Shown here: one piece after another, positions 8,535 through 16,789 of the stretch
Layout of the letters: each line of letters starts with the position of its first letter
Position numbering within the stretch: the stretch's first letter is position 1
Translations under genes and position numbers: made by a program
Notes under the pieces: model-generated
Seen by the model: the letters and a program-made list of their open reading frames with translations, nothing else
What the model was told of the DNA's origin: nothing
Databases searched by the model: none
NCBI GenBank assembly: GCA_043767805.1
Contig: JAYUGC010000103.1
Location: forward strand, 1 to 29,485
Direction of reading: 5' to 3'
DNA from: Pseudomonadota bacterium
Lineage (GTDB): Bacteria; Bdellovibrionota; FAC87; UBA2466
Length of the DNA stretch: 29,485 bases

Positions 8535-9194
8535 TTACGCTGCCGCGCGTTCCTTCAGAACGGGGATGTACTCGGTGAGGGCTTGTTCGTCGGGGATGAG
8601 GTAGCCGTCGGGAAGCTTCTTGATGATGTCTTTCTTCACTAGGTGATTGAGACACCGTTCCACGAAACTAGGCTCGACGTTGGCGCCGCCGGCGACGTCC
8701 GCACCGGTCAAGACGACCCTTACGCCGTTCTTTTCTTTGATACCGAAATGATTGCGAAGATAGAGGAGGTACTCCACCACGCGCTCGGTCGGATCGGGAA
8801 GCTGAAGGACGGAAACCAGGAGATTGGCCTTATCCAGCCGGCGGATGACCAGCGAGAGGAGCTTCGAGGTGAAGTCGGGCCAGCTCTTTTGGAGCGCCTT
8901 GAGGTCGTCGGTGCCGAACTCGAGGACGCTGGACTCCGTCTGGGCAATCGCCGAAAAAGCGCGGCGGTGAGGGCCTTCGCCCAGCATCGCTTTCTCGCCT
9001 ACGACTTCGCCAGCGCCGAGCGAGCCGACCAAGCGCTCCGTCGAATAAATGCGATGGGAGAGCTGAATGCGGCCTTCGAGAATGATGTAGAGCGTGTTTC
9101 CCTTTTCGTTTTGGCGAAATAGGAAATCCCCCGCGGAAAGCTCCACGAGGTATCTCTTGAGCAGCGTGTCATCGATTTGATCGCGACTGAACAT
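8535..9194 (-). CDS. Crp/Fnr-family transcriptional regulator
   Basis: cNMP-binding domain (LFRQNEKGNTLYIILEG, GEVVGE, RAFSAIA) plus a C-terminal HTH. Confidence 0.92.
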   Translation of the reverse strand: MFSRDQIDDTLLKRYLVELSAGDFLFRQNEKGNTLYIILEGRIQLSHRIYSTERLVGSLGAGEVVGEKAMLGEGPHRRAFSAIAQTESSVLEFGTDDLKALQKSWPDFTSKLLSLVIRRLDKANLLVSVLQLPDPTERVVEYLLYLRNHFGIKEKNGVRVVLTGADVAGGANVEPSFVERCLNHLVKKDIIKKLPDGYLIPDEQALTEYIPVLKERAAA

Positions 9195-9204
9195 TCTCAG
9201 GTTC

Positions 9205-9231
9205 CTATCGGAATAAGAAAGAGGGAACTGA
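9205..9231 (-). promoter_or_regulatory. Putative sigma-28 (FliA) promoter for the Crp-family gene
   Basis: Minus strand TCAG-N15-TCCGATAG versus consensus TAAA-N15-GCCGATAA. Confidence 0.5.
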
Positions 9232-9254
9232 AATGGGGAGTTTGTGCGGAGGGC

Positions 9255-9281
9255 TCAACTATTCCGCGGCAATGCCGACAA
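9255..9281 (+). promoter_or_regulatory. Putative sigma-28 (FliA) promoter for the response regulator
   Basis: TCAA-N15-GCCGACAA versus consensus TAAA-N15-GCCGATAA. Confidence 0.6.
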
Positions 9282-9324
9282 GTAGGTAACACTTTTGAGC
9301 CCAACCTTTGAGCAAAGGGTAGCC

Positions 9325-10050
9325 ATGGACAAGATTCTCGTTATCGAAGACGACAAAGATTATCAGTTCCTCATCCAGACCGCGCTGACGGGAGAGTACG
9401 AGGTGCTCTGCGCCGATACGGGTAAATCGGGCGTGCAACTCGCCAAGGAACACAAACCAACGCTCATCTTGCTCGACATCTCCTTAGGAGAGATGGACGG
9501 CTTCGAAGTGTGCCACATGCTGAAAGGGCAGAAGGAAACGGCGGTGACCCCGGTCATCTTCCTCTCCTCTCGTAACGACGCCCACAGCAAGGTGATGGGA
9601 TTTGACCTAGGCGCGGATGATTATCTGCAAAAGCCCTTCGAGCCGGATGAGCTCAAAGCGCGCATCAAGGTGCGTATCCGCCAGAGCGCCGCGCGGCGCG
9701 AAAATCTTTCGACCTTCGAGATGCAGGGACTCAAAATCGATTTCCTCGGTCACCGCGTTCACGTGGAAGACAAGGAAGTCCCGTTCTCCGCGCTCGAGTT
9801 CAAGCTGCTCTCTTACTTCGTTCGCAATCCCGACCGCGTTTTGTCGCGCGAGCGGATTTTGAATAACGTCTGGGGCGTCGACACCTTCGTCACCGACCGC
9901 GTGGTCGACTCTCATATCCGCAGCATCCGTAAAAAGCTCGGCGCTTACAAAGATCATATCGAGTCCATCTACGGCGAAGGCTATCGGTTCAATCCGGTGC
10001 CTCTCAACGCGCAGCAGCCGCTCGAGAAAAAAGACGAAGAAGCCGCGTAA
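9325..10050 (+). CDS. OmpR/PhoB-family DNA-binding response regulator
   Basis: KILVIEDD, LILLD, GADDYLQKPF receiver; winged helix with VVDSHIRSIRKKL and YGEGYRF. Start at ATG 9325. Confidence 0.95.
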   Translation: MDKILVIEDDKDYQFLIQTALTGEYEVLCADTGKSGVQLAKEHKPTLILLDISLGEMDGFEVCHMLKGQKETAVTPVIFLSSRNDAHSKVMGFDLGADDYLQKPFEPDELKARIKVRIRQSAARRENLSTFEMQGLKIDFLGHRVHVEDKEVPFSALEFKLLSYFVRNPDRVLSRERILNNVWGVDTFVTDRVVDSHIRSIRKKLGAYKDHIESIYGEGYRFNPVPLNAQQPLEKKDEEAA

Positions 10051-10069
10051 CAGGGGCTTTCGAAGCCCA

Positions 10070-10078
10070 TGTTATAAT
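10070..10078 (+). promoter_or_regulatory. Extended -10 promoter (TGnTATAAT), 7 nt before the PilZ gene ATG
   Basis: TGTTATAAT at 10070-10078, preceded by a short hairpin GGGCTT-TCG-AAGCCC (10054-10068). Confidence 0.55.
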
Positions 10079-10085
10079 TTCGGGC

Positions 10086-10751
10086 ATGCGCAAACGCCCG
10101 ACAGCTCTCTTTATCTGCGCTCTGCTTTTCTCTTACTTTCCCATCGAGTTCGCCTCCAAGATGATTCAGGGGGGCAAGTACCACGGTTTCGAGGCGATGC
10201 TGAGCCTCGGCCTTCCGGTGCTCTTGATGTTTGGGCTCATCCGCGTGAACCGGGTCGGCTGGTACACGCTGGTCACTTTCGTCGCGCTCTGGGGCGTCGA
10301 AGATCTCTATCAGTATTACCAGCGCCACACTTCGAACCTGACTCCGCTTCTTGCCCACTTGGCGATTTACGTCATCTCGCTCACTTACTTCATCAATCCG
10401 CGGGTGAGAACGCTCTATTTCGATCCTAAAATGCGCTGGTGGCGGGCGAAACCTCGTTTCGAGACGCACATGCCGAGTCTCATGCAGGAGAAGGAAAATT
10501 GGAATTATCCCGTGCTCCGAAACATTTCGGAGGGCGGCTGCTTCATCGAGACGGCGCATCTTCTCGACGTCAATTCCCTGGTGAACGTCGCCATTCCCTT
10601 GCCCGTTCCGCTGAATCTCTCCGTCATCAAGGCGGAAGGCTCCGTGCGCTGGGTCTCGACTAATCCGCTCCGCCACGGCATGGGCATTCAGTTCAACACT
10701 CCGGCTCCGCACTCCAAAGCGCTTCGCGGCTTCGTCGTCAAACAGCTCTAG
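10086..10751 (+). CDS. Membrane protein with C-terminal PilZ (c-di-GMP-binding) domain
   Basis: About four hydrophobic segments, then RAKPR (RxxxR), NISEGG ((D/N)xSxxG) and GMGIQF. Confidence 0.88.
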   Translation: MRKRPTALFICALLFSYFPIEFASKMIQGGKYHGFEAMLSLGLPVLLMFGLIRVNRVGWYTLVTFVALWGVEDLYQYYQRHTSNLTPLLAHLAIYVISLTYFINPRVRTLYFDPKMRWWRAKPRFETHMPSLMQEKENWNYPVLRNISEGGCFIETAHLLDVNSLVNVAIPLPVPLNLSVIKAEGSVRWVSTNPLRHGMGIQFNTPAPHSKALRGFVVKQL

Positions 10752-10808
10752 TCCCGTCTAAAAGTGTCCACACACTTTTTAGACCCGCGTGATTTTTGGC
10801 CGGGTTGC

Positions 10809-10837
10809 TTGAAAAGCGGGCGAAACGCCGACATAAT
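10809..10837 (+). promoter_or_regulatory. Putative sigma-70 promoter of the kamDE-moxR-vwa operon
   Basis: TTGAAA-N17-CATAAT, 10 nt upstream of ATG 10848. Confidence 0.55.
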
Positions 10838-10847
10838 CTGGCGCACT

Positions 10848-12434
10848 ATGTCGTTTTCTCCCGTCCTCCCTTTGCCACTGAAGCAAATCGCCCGCTGTCG
10901 GCAAATTGCTTCCTCCATTGGCGATCAGGTGGTGAGCCTAGTCCAGGCCAATTCCACCGTCGGGATCGAGCGGACGGCCTTGCGCCTTCTTGGATTTAAC
11001 GGGGCGCTCGCGCACGAAGGGCTCCTTTTTCCCGTTTCGAACTTCATCGTGGACCAGTTAAAGCGCGCCGACCGCCTCCATGAAGGCGCTCTTTACGGCG
11101 TAGCCAATGCGCTCGTCGCGACCGGAGAAACCTCCGCCTCGCTCGAGACCAGGATTCTCGAAGGCAAGTTCGACGTCGGCAGCGTCGTCCTTCAAGACCG
11201 CAAGAGGGTCGCCAAACTGGTCGACAGCCTTTGCACGAAGTCTTTTCAGAATTTGAAAAAGTACCGGGCCGCCCGCCAGAAGTTGAAAGCCAAGCAGGGC
11301 GATCCCAAAAAAAACGGCCGCCCGCTCAAGTACGTCATCGTCGCGACCGGAAATATTTTCGAGGACGTGACTCAGGCGAGAAGCGCGGCCATGGACGGAG
11401 CGGACATCATCGCCGTCATTCGTAGCACCGCCCAGTCGCTCCTCGATTACGTGCCTCAGGGTACGACGACCGAAGGCTTCGGTGGCACTTACGCGACGCA
11501 AGCGAACTTTCGCGTGATGCGCGAAGCACTCGATGAGCTGGGCACCCAGATGGGGAAGTACATACGGCTCACCAATTACTGCTCGGGCCTCTGCATGTCG
11601 GAAATCGCGGCGCTCGCCTCGATGGAAGGCCTAGACTGCCTGCTTAACGACGCTATGTACGGTATTCTCTTCCGCGACATCAACATGAAGCGGACTTTAG
11701 TCGACCAGCATTTTTCGCGCGTGATTTGCGGCTTCTCCGACATCTGGATCATGACCGGCGAAGACAACTACATGAAGACCACCGACGCCGTGGAGAGCGG
11801 CGACCAGGTGCTCGCCTCCGAGTTCATCAACGAGCGTTGCGCGCTCAACGCCGGCATGAAGCACGATCAGATGTCCATCGGCCACGCCATGGAGATGAAT
11901 CCCGATTACGAGAACGTGATCCTCATGGAAATCGCCCGCGCGCAGATGACGCGCCAGATTTTTCCGAAGAGTCCCTTGAAGTACATGTGTAATACCAAGT
12001 TCAAGACGGGCGACATCTTCACGGGCCACGCCATCGACACCATTTTTAATCTCATCGGCTCGCTCACGGATCAGGGCACGCTCCTCCTCGGTATGCCCAC
12101 GGAAGCCATCCACACGCCCTGGCTTCAAGACAGGACGCTTAGCATCCGCGGCGCGAACTACGTTTTGAACGGCACCCGCGCCGTTTCGGGCGAGCTCGGC
12201 TACCGCAGCGACGGCTTCATCGCCAAGTTCGCCAAAAAGGTTCTGGTAGATTGCGTGCGCCTGCTCGAGAAGATCGATGACCAGGGTTTCCTCGACGCCA
12301 TCGAAAAACGCACGTTCGCGGGCGTCAGCCGCACGGAAAAAGGCGGGAAGGGCTATGACGGCGTCTTCACCATCGAGAAGGGCCGTTACCAAAATCCTTT
12401 CTACAAACTGATGGGGAGCCGGATTACGGTATAA
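10848..12434 (+). CDS. kamD: Lysine 5,6-aminomutase alpha subunit
   Basis: YVIVATGNIFEDV, IAVIRSTAQSLLDYVP, GFGGTYATQANFR, NYCSGLCM, LNDAMYGILFRDINM, TGEDNY, TEAIHTP. Start at ATG 10848. Confidence 0.93.
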   Translation: MSFSPVLPLPLKQIARCRQIASSIGDQVVSLVQANSTVGIERTALRLLGFNGALAHEGLLFPVSNFIVDQLKRADRLHEGALYGVANALVATGETSASLETRILEGKFDVGSVVLQDRKRVAKLVDSLCTKSFQNLKKYRAARQKLKAKQGDPKKNGRPLKYVIVATGNIFEDVTQARSAAMDGADIIAVIRSTAQSLLDYVPQGTTTEGFGGTYATQANFRVMREALDELGTQMGKYIRLTNYCSGLCMSEIAALASMEGLDCLLNDAMYGILFRDINMKRTLVDQHFSRVICGFSDIWIMTGEDNYMKTTDAVESGDQVLASEFINERCALNAGMKHDQMSIGHAMEMNPDYENVILMEIARAQMTRQIFPKSPLKYMCNTKFKTGDIFTGHAIDTIFNLIGSLTDQGTLLLGMPTEAIHTPWLQDRTLSIRGANYVLNGTRAVSGELGYRSDGFIAKFAKKVLVDCVRLLEKIDDQGFLDAIEKRTFAGVSRTEKGGKGYDGVFTIEKGRYQNPFYKLMGSRITV

Positions 12435-12436
12435 CC

Positions 12437-13192
12437 ATGGCGGAAATCGATCTCAAAAATCTGCTCCCCTACGGCGATACCACTCAAGACGGCGCCGTCC
12501 AGCTGAGCTTCACGCTTCCCGTGGAGCCCGGCCAGAAAGCAAAAGAAGCCGCCGCCCAGCTTGTAAAACTTTGGGGCTTTACCGACATCAAAGTCGCGCA
12601 CATGTCCAAAGCCGGCGTGAACTACACCTTCTTTGTTTGCTTCGGCCGTGTCGATAAAGGCATCGACTACGCCACGTTGCACGTACCGGAAGTCGCCATC
12701 ACCACGCTCTCCTATAAGGAGATCGACAAGCTCATCAAAGAAAAGGTAGGCCGCAAGATCGTGGTCGTCGGCGCTTGCACCGGTTACGACGCGCACACCG
12801 TGGGCCTCGACGCCATTCTCAACATGAAGGGCTTTGACGGAGATATCGGTCTCGAGCGTTACCAGGGCTTTCGCTGTGTTAATATGGGAAGTCAGGTGCC
12901 CTCCGATGAGCTCATCGATCGGGCGGTGAAGGAAAAAGCGGACGCGATCTTGCTCTCGAAGATCGTGACCCAGAAAGACATTCACATCCACGACATGCAA
13001 GAGCTGATGAACAAGTTGAAGAAGCGGGGCCTGCAAGATCGGTTCATTTTGGTCGTCGGTGGCCCACGCGTGACTCATAAGCTCGCTCTCGAATTGGGCT
13101 ACGACGCAGGCTTTAGCATCGGCACCAAGCCCAGCGACGTCGCCAACTATCTGCTCGATAAGATGATCGAGCGTAAGGACAAGGGCAAATAG
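12437..13192 (+). CDS. kamE: Lysine 5,6-aminomutase beta subunit (AdoCbl/PLP-binding)
   Basis: PYGDT..DG.VQLSFTLP dimerisation domain, DAHTVG (DxHxxG) and the PLP lysine in AILNMKG. Confidence 0.93.
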   Translation: MAEIDLKNLLPYGDTTQDGAVQLSFTLPVEPGQKAKEAAAQLVKLWGFTDIKVAHMSKAGVNYTFFVCFGRVDKGIDYATLHVPEVAITTLSYKEIDKLIKEKVGRKIVVVGACTGYDAHTVGLDAILNMKGFDGDIGLERYQGFRCVNMGSQVPSDELIDRAVKEKADAILLSKIVTQKDIHIHDMQELMNKLKKRGLQDRFILVVGGPRVTHKLALELGYDAGFSIGTKPSDVANYLLDKMIERKDKGK

Positions 13193-14028
13193 TGGGCGCC
13201 AAGGAAAAATCTTCCGTGGTGGGACGGGGCACTGAGCGGGAGCAAATCTCGAGCGCCATCGGTTTGCAGAGAAATATCCTTATCGAAGGCCCAGTCGGGG
13301 TCGGCAAAACCTTTCTCGTCCAGGAAATCTTGAAAAGCCGCAAGCACGACTACGAGCGCATCGACGGCGATTCCCGTTACACCGAGCAAAAGCTCACGGG
13401 TTGGTTCGATCCGCCGCTGGTTTTGAAGAAGGGCTATACCAAGGACACGTTTCTCGACGGGCCGCTGGTCACCGCCATGCGGGAAGGCAAAATTCTTTTC
13501 ATCAACGAGCTAAACCGCATGCCGGAAGCCGTGCAAAACATTTTGCTCCCCGCCATGGACGAGCGGCGCATCTCGGTTCCCAAAATCGGCGTCATCCTCG
13601 CTAAAAAGGGTTTCGCGGTCATCGCGACCCAAAATCCCCGTGAGTTCACGGCGACCCATTCTCTGTCCGAAGCGCTTCTCGATCGTTTCGAGATGGTCCG
13701 GCTCGATTACCAATCCGAGGACGAAGAGCGTCGGATTTTAGACGAGCAGGCGGGAGACGCCGACAAATCCACTTTGGCTCGCGCGCTTTATCTGGTGCGG
13801 GCGACCCGGAACCATCCAGCCATCAAACGCGGGGCGAGCATTCGCGCGGCGCTCGCCGTTTGTCACTTAGCCGGCTCCGGCATCGATTTCCGTTCCGCCG
13901 TTTTCATGGCGCTTCCGGGCCGCATCGAAATGGTGGCCTCCGATCAGGACGCCCGCCAAATACTGGCGGAAATCCTCGATAAGGGGATGCCTTCGGGCTC
14001 CGCGGAAAAAAAAAATCAAAAAACCTGA
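13192..14028 (+). CDS. MoxR-family AAA+ ATPase
   Basis: Walker A GPVGVGKT, Walker B LFINELNR, IATQNP, LSEALLDRF. The GTG start overlaps the kamE stop. Confidence 0.92.
   Translation: MGAKEKSSVVGRGTEREQISSAIGLQRNILIEGPVGVGKTFLVQEILKSRKHDYERIDGDSRYTEQKLTGWFDPPLVLKKGYTKDTFLDGPLVTAMREGKILFINELNRMPEAVQNILLPAMDERRISVPKIGVILAKKGFAVIATQNPREFTATHSLSEALLDRFEMVRLDYQSEDEERRILDEQAGDADKSTLARALYLVRATRNHPAIKRGASIRAALAVCHLAGSGIDFRSAVFMALPGRIEMVASDQDARQILAEILDKGMPSGSAEKKNQKT
14006..14015 (+). other. A10 slippery run: candidate -1 frameshift or transcriptional slippage site joining MoxR and VWA
   Basis: GAA AAA AAA AAT in the MoxR frame. The -1 frame is stop-free from 13983 to 14900 and in frame with the VWA ORF. 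Confidence 0.6.
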
Positions 14029-14066
14029 CCGATAGGCTCTTCCCCTCGAATGTCGCGGCCGTTTTC

Positions 14067-14903
14067 ATGCCGCCCGAGCTCTCTCAAAACCTTGACGAGG
14101 AGGCGGAGGAATCCGCCTTGGGCGGCAAAACCGATCTCATGCGCCAGATATATTTCCGCAGCCTTCAAGGGGCGGAGCGCAGCGAGGAAGAGGATCGGCG
14201 GCTCGTGCGCCTCATTCTCGAGCATGCGAAGCAAATCATCGCGCACCCCGCGAAACCTCTGGAGCGCCATTTCGAGGAATGGGCGCGGTCGCCTTTCGGA
14301 GAGCTCGCGCTCGAGGAATCCCTCGAAGAAGATCCCATGCTGGCGGATGAGAAGAGCCTTCTGGTGGAAGAGCGCCGCGAGAAACGGTTTTCCTGCGCGG
14401 CGATGCTAGACACCAGCTCCTCCATGTCGGGCGATAAGCATTTGCTCGCGAGCATCGCGGTAGCGGTGCTTCTGCTCGAAGTCCCTTCCGCCCATAACTC
14501 GCTCTCGGTCTTTTCCTCGAAATCGAAAACCGTGAAAGATCTCGAGAAGCGGGAATCGGTGGAAGCCACCGTGCTGCGGTTTCTCAAGACCCGGCCCAAA
14601 GGCTTCACCAATATCCACGCGGGGCTCGAAGCGGGGCTCGCTCAGTACCGGCGCGCGGGGATTACCCGGCGCAAAGTGGGATTACTCGCGAGTGATGGCC
14701 GCTCGACCGAGGGGCCGGACGCGACGGACATCGCCCGCCAATACGATTTTCTCGTGGTGCTCCATCTGCACGGGCCCGGAAGTCTCCTCCAGGCGAGCGA
14801 AGCCATCGCGGCGGCCGGCAATGGCGTCTGCCTGGAAGTGAAGGCTTTCGAGGAGTTACCTCGGCGCTTGTACGATGCCCTTCGCCTGATCGCCCGCCGT
14901 TAG
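14067..14903 (+). CDS. VWA-domain protein (possibly the C-terminal part of a frameshifted AAA-VWA fusion)
   Basis: MIDAS DTSSSM, GFTNIHAGL, ASDG; acidic N-terminal linker; no Shine-Dalgarno before ATG 14067. Confidence 0.88.
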   Translation: MPPELSQNLDEEAEESALGGKTDLMRQIYFRSLQGAERSEEEDRRLVRLILEHAKQIIAHPAKPLERHFEEWARSPFGELALEESLEEDPMLADEKSLLVEERREKRFSCAAMLDTSSSMSGDKHLLASIAVAVLLLEVPSAHNSLSVFSSKSKTVKDLEKRESVEATVLRFLKTRPKGFTNIHAGLEAGLAQYRRAGITRRKVGLLASDGRSTEGPDATDIARQYDFLVVLHLHGPGSLLQASEAIAAAGNGVCLEVKAFEELPRRLYDALRLIARR

Positions 14904-14932
14904 CTCTTTGCATCACCTAGGTCCCCCTTAGG

Positions 14933-14968
14933 TTGACGCCTAGGAAACGGCGCGGCTAGTTTCGTAGG
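14933..14968 (+). promoter_or_regulatory. Putative sigma-70 promoter with overlapping imperfect palindrome
   Basis: TTGACG-N18-TAGTTT; CCTAGGAAAC-N10-GTTTCGTAGG is a 9/10 inverted repeat. Confidence 0.35.
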
Positions 14969-14985
14969 CTACGAGAGGGGGTTGG

Positions 14986-15654
14986 ATGAAAGTCTGGAAA
15001 ATGGCTCTGGGGTTGGCTCTTGCGGCGTCCCCCGTTTTTGCCGTGCAGCCCGTGAACGAAGTCACCGGCCTTCGGGACGGCGAAAGCCTCCAATTCGAGC
15101 TCAAACACCTGCGCCTTTACGGGGATCTCAATCGCTTTCAGAGCTGGTTTCCCCATCCCAAAAAGGCCAACCTCTATTACCGTTTTGATTACTGCATGAC
15201 CCTTCCGGTTCCGGCGCGCAGTAAGAAGAAGCCCCAGGTAAAGTGCACGTTCTTGAACCGCACCATGGACTGGACCCTGACCGTAAAGAATCAGGACTAC
15301 AGCACGACCACCACGCGTCCCTTCTCGACCATCGCTTGGGATAAGGATGGCCCGACCTGGACCCTATCGGCCGAACGGCTGAGAGAGGTCGCGCTCGCCC
15401 TAAACCCGAAGGGCAAGAATCTTGGATTTGTGCGCGTTCGGTTGCAGAAGCCCGGCTGGTTCTGGGCGTGGAACTTGGGCGAGACCGAGCTTCCGTTGCC
15501 GGCGCGAGCCCGCGGCGGCTGGCCCACAAAAATCGACCCCACCGGCTACGCGGCTCTCGACTCCAAACCCCTCGGCGTAGAGGGAAAAGAAGCGGAAGGG
15601 GCGCTGTCGGCGGTGATCGTGAACGCTTCTGGTGAACCGGCTCCCTCGGAGTAG
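14986..15654 (+). CDS. Secreted hypothetical protein
   Basis: Sec signal MKVWKMALGLALAASPVFA; GAGGGGG Shine-Dalgarno; host-like codon usage. Confidence 0.75.
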   Translation: MKVWKMALGLALAASPVFAVQPVNEVTGLRDGESLQFELKHLRLYGDLNRFQSWFPHPKKANLYYRFDYCMTLPVPARSKKKPQVKCTFLNRTMDWTLTVKNQDYSTTTTRPFSTIAWDKDGPTWTLSAERLREVALALNPKGKNLGFVRVRLQKPGWFWAWNLGETELPLPARARGGWPTKIDPTGYAALDSKPLGVEGKEAEGALSAVIVNASGEPAPSE

Positions 15655-15726
15655 TTTTTTTTAACCCGTCTTACTACTCGGGTTTGCTCGGCATTTTGAG
15701 AGCGAAAAAAGGCACCTCCGCGGTAT

Positions 15727-15754
15727 TTGACTTAGTGCGTAAGATCCGTAGAAT
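15727..15754 (+). promoter_or_regulatory. Putative sigma-70 promoter
   Basis: TTGACT-N16-TAGAAT upstream of ATG 15798. Confidence 0.55.
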
Positions 15755-15797
15755 CGCCTACCGCTCGACTAAAACTTTTTACCAAGTAGGTACTTTA

Positions 15798-16769
15798 ATG
15801 AAGAAGCTCAGTTTCCTGTTCGCTTCGTTCCTCGTCCTCTCCGCCCAAGCGGCCCACCTCGTCCTCCCCGCGAACGTGCAGACGGATCTCCCGTCTTGCG
15901 GCGGCACGATTCAGACGAATCAGTCCAATGGCCAGTACAACCTCATTTTCCGTAACGTGAAAGATTGCTCGAACTTCGATATCGTCGCGACCGATTTCGG
16001 CATCATCGACGCGAACTACCAAGCGAAGAAGATCCCCGAAAACGGCTCTGGCACGCGCTCGGGAAGCTTTACGATTCCCCAGGCGTACATCGACCGCGGC
16101 TTGAACACGATTCGCGTGGAAGTGAAGTCCAATAAGGGCGCGCACTCCGACACGATCGACCTCGTGTTCGTGGCGGGTCCCTCGCGTCCGCAGCCGGTTC
16201 CGGTGAATCCGACGTCGCTCAAGGGCCGTTGCCAAGACAACGACCACTCGAACTTCGCGGCCGCCAAGAGTTTCGCATACAGCCCGTCGGGTTTGAATAT
16301 GAGCGATTCTCAGGCCACGAACTGGGCGCTCGATTACCAGAACTCGCACCGTTGCAACACGATCGCGGAATACCAGGCGCGTTTCACTGAGTTGAAGAAG
16401 TATGCCTACTCGCCTTCTTACATGAACAAGAGCGACTCCGAAGCGGCTCAGTTCGCGCTCCAGAACGTCGAAGAGACGACTGCGGCCGACGTAAAGGGTT
16501 GGATGGCGACGTTCACTCCCGCGCAGCAATTCTTCTATAGCCCGAGCTACCTGAACATGGACTCCTCGCGCTCCTCTTCCAAGGCCGACCAATGGGTTCG
16601 TCGCGGTTGCGGCAGCATCGGTCAGATCGAGCAGATCAAGGCCGAGTTCACAAACCAGTACAAGTTCGCTTACAGCCCGTCGGGACTGAACAAGTCCTCG
16701 TCTGAAGCGATTCAGTACGCGGTCCAGAAGATCAGCGGCATGAGCCGTTGCTCGGATCTGTTCCGATAA
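15798..16769 (+). CDS. Secreted hypothetical protein with four C-terminal ~43-aa 'YSPS' repeats
   Basis: Signal peptide MKKLSFLFASFLVLSAQA; repeats FAYSPSGLN, YAYSPSYMN, FFYSPSYLN, FAYSPSGLN. Confidence 0.85.
   Translation: MKKLSFLFASFLVLSAQAAHLVLPANVQTDLPSCGGTIQTNQSNGQYNLIFRNVKDCSNFDIVATDFGIIDANYQAKKIPENGSGTRSGSFTIPQAYIDRGLNTIRVEVKSNKGAHSDTIDLVFVAGPSRPQPVPVNPTSLKGRCQDNDHSNFAAAKSFAYSPSGLNMSDSQATNWALDYQNSHRCNTIAEYQARFTELKKYAYSPSYMNKSDSEAAQFALQNVEETTAADVKGWMATFTPAQQFFYSPSYLNMDSSRSSSKADQWVRRGCGSIGQIEQIKAEFTNQYKFAYSPSGLNKSSSEAIQYAVQKISGMSRCSDLFR
16272..16766 (+). repeat. Intragenic degenerate tandem repeat (4 units, 129/129/135-nt spacing)
   Basis: Repeat cores start at 16272, 16401, 16530 and 16665. 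Confidence 0.8.
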
Positions 16770-16789
16770 TTAGCTCTCTCCCAAATTAG

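Noticed and set aside
11307..11314. A8 run inside kamD as a phase-variation or frameshift site
   Set aside because: The frame is intact (PKKNG) and no alternative-frame product is evident.
16272..16766. CRISPR-like or DNA-level repeat array
   Set aside because: The repeats are degenerate at synonymous positions and lie in frame within a gene, so they are protein repeats. No cas genes are present.
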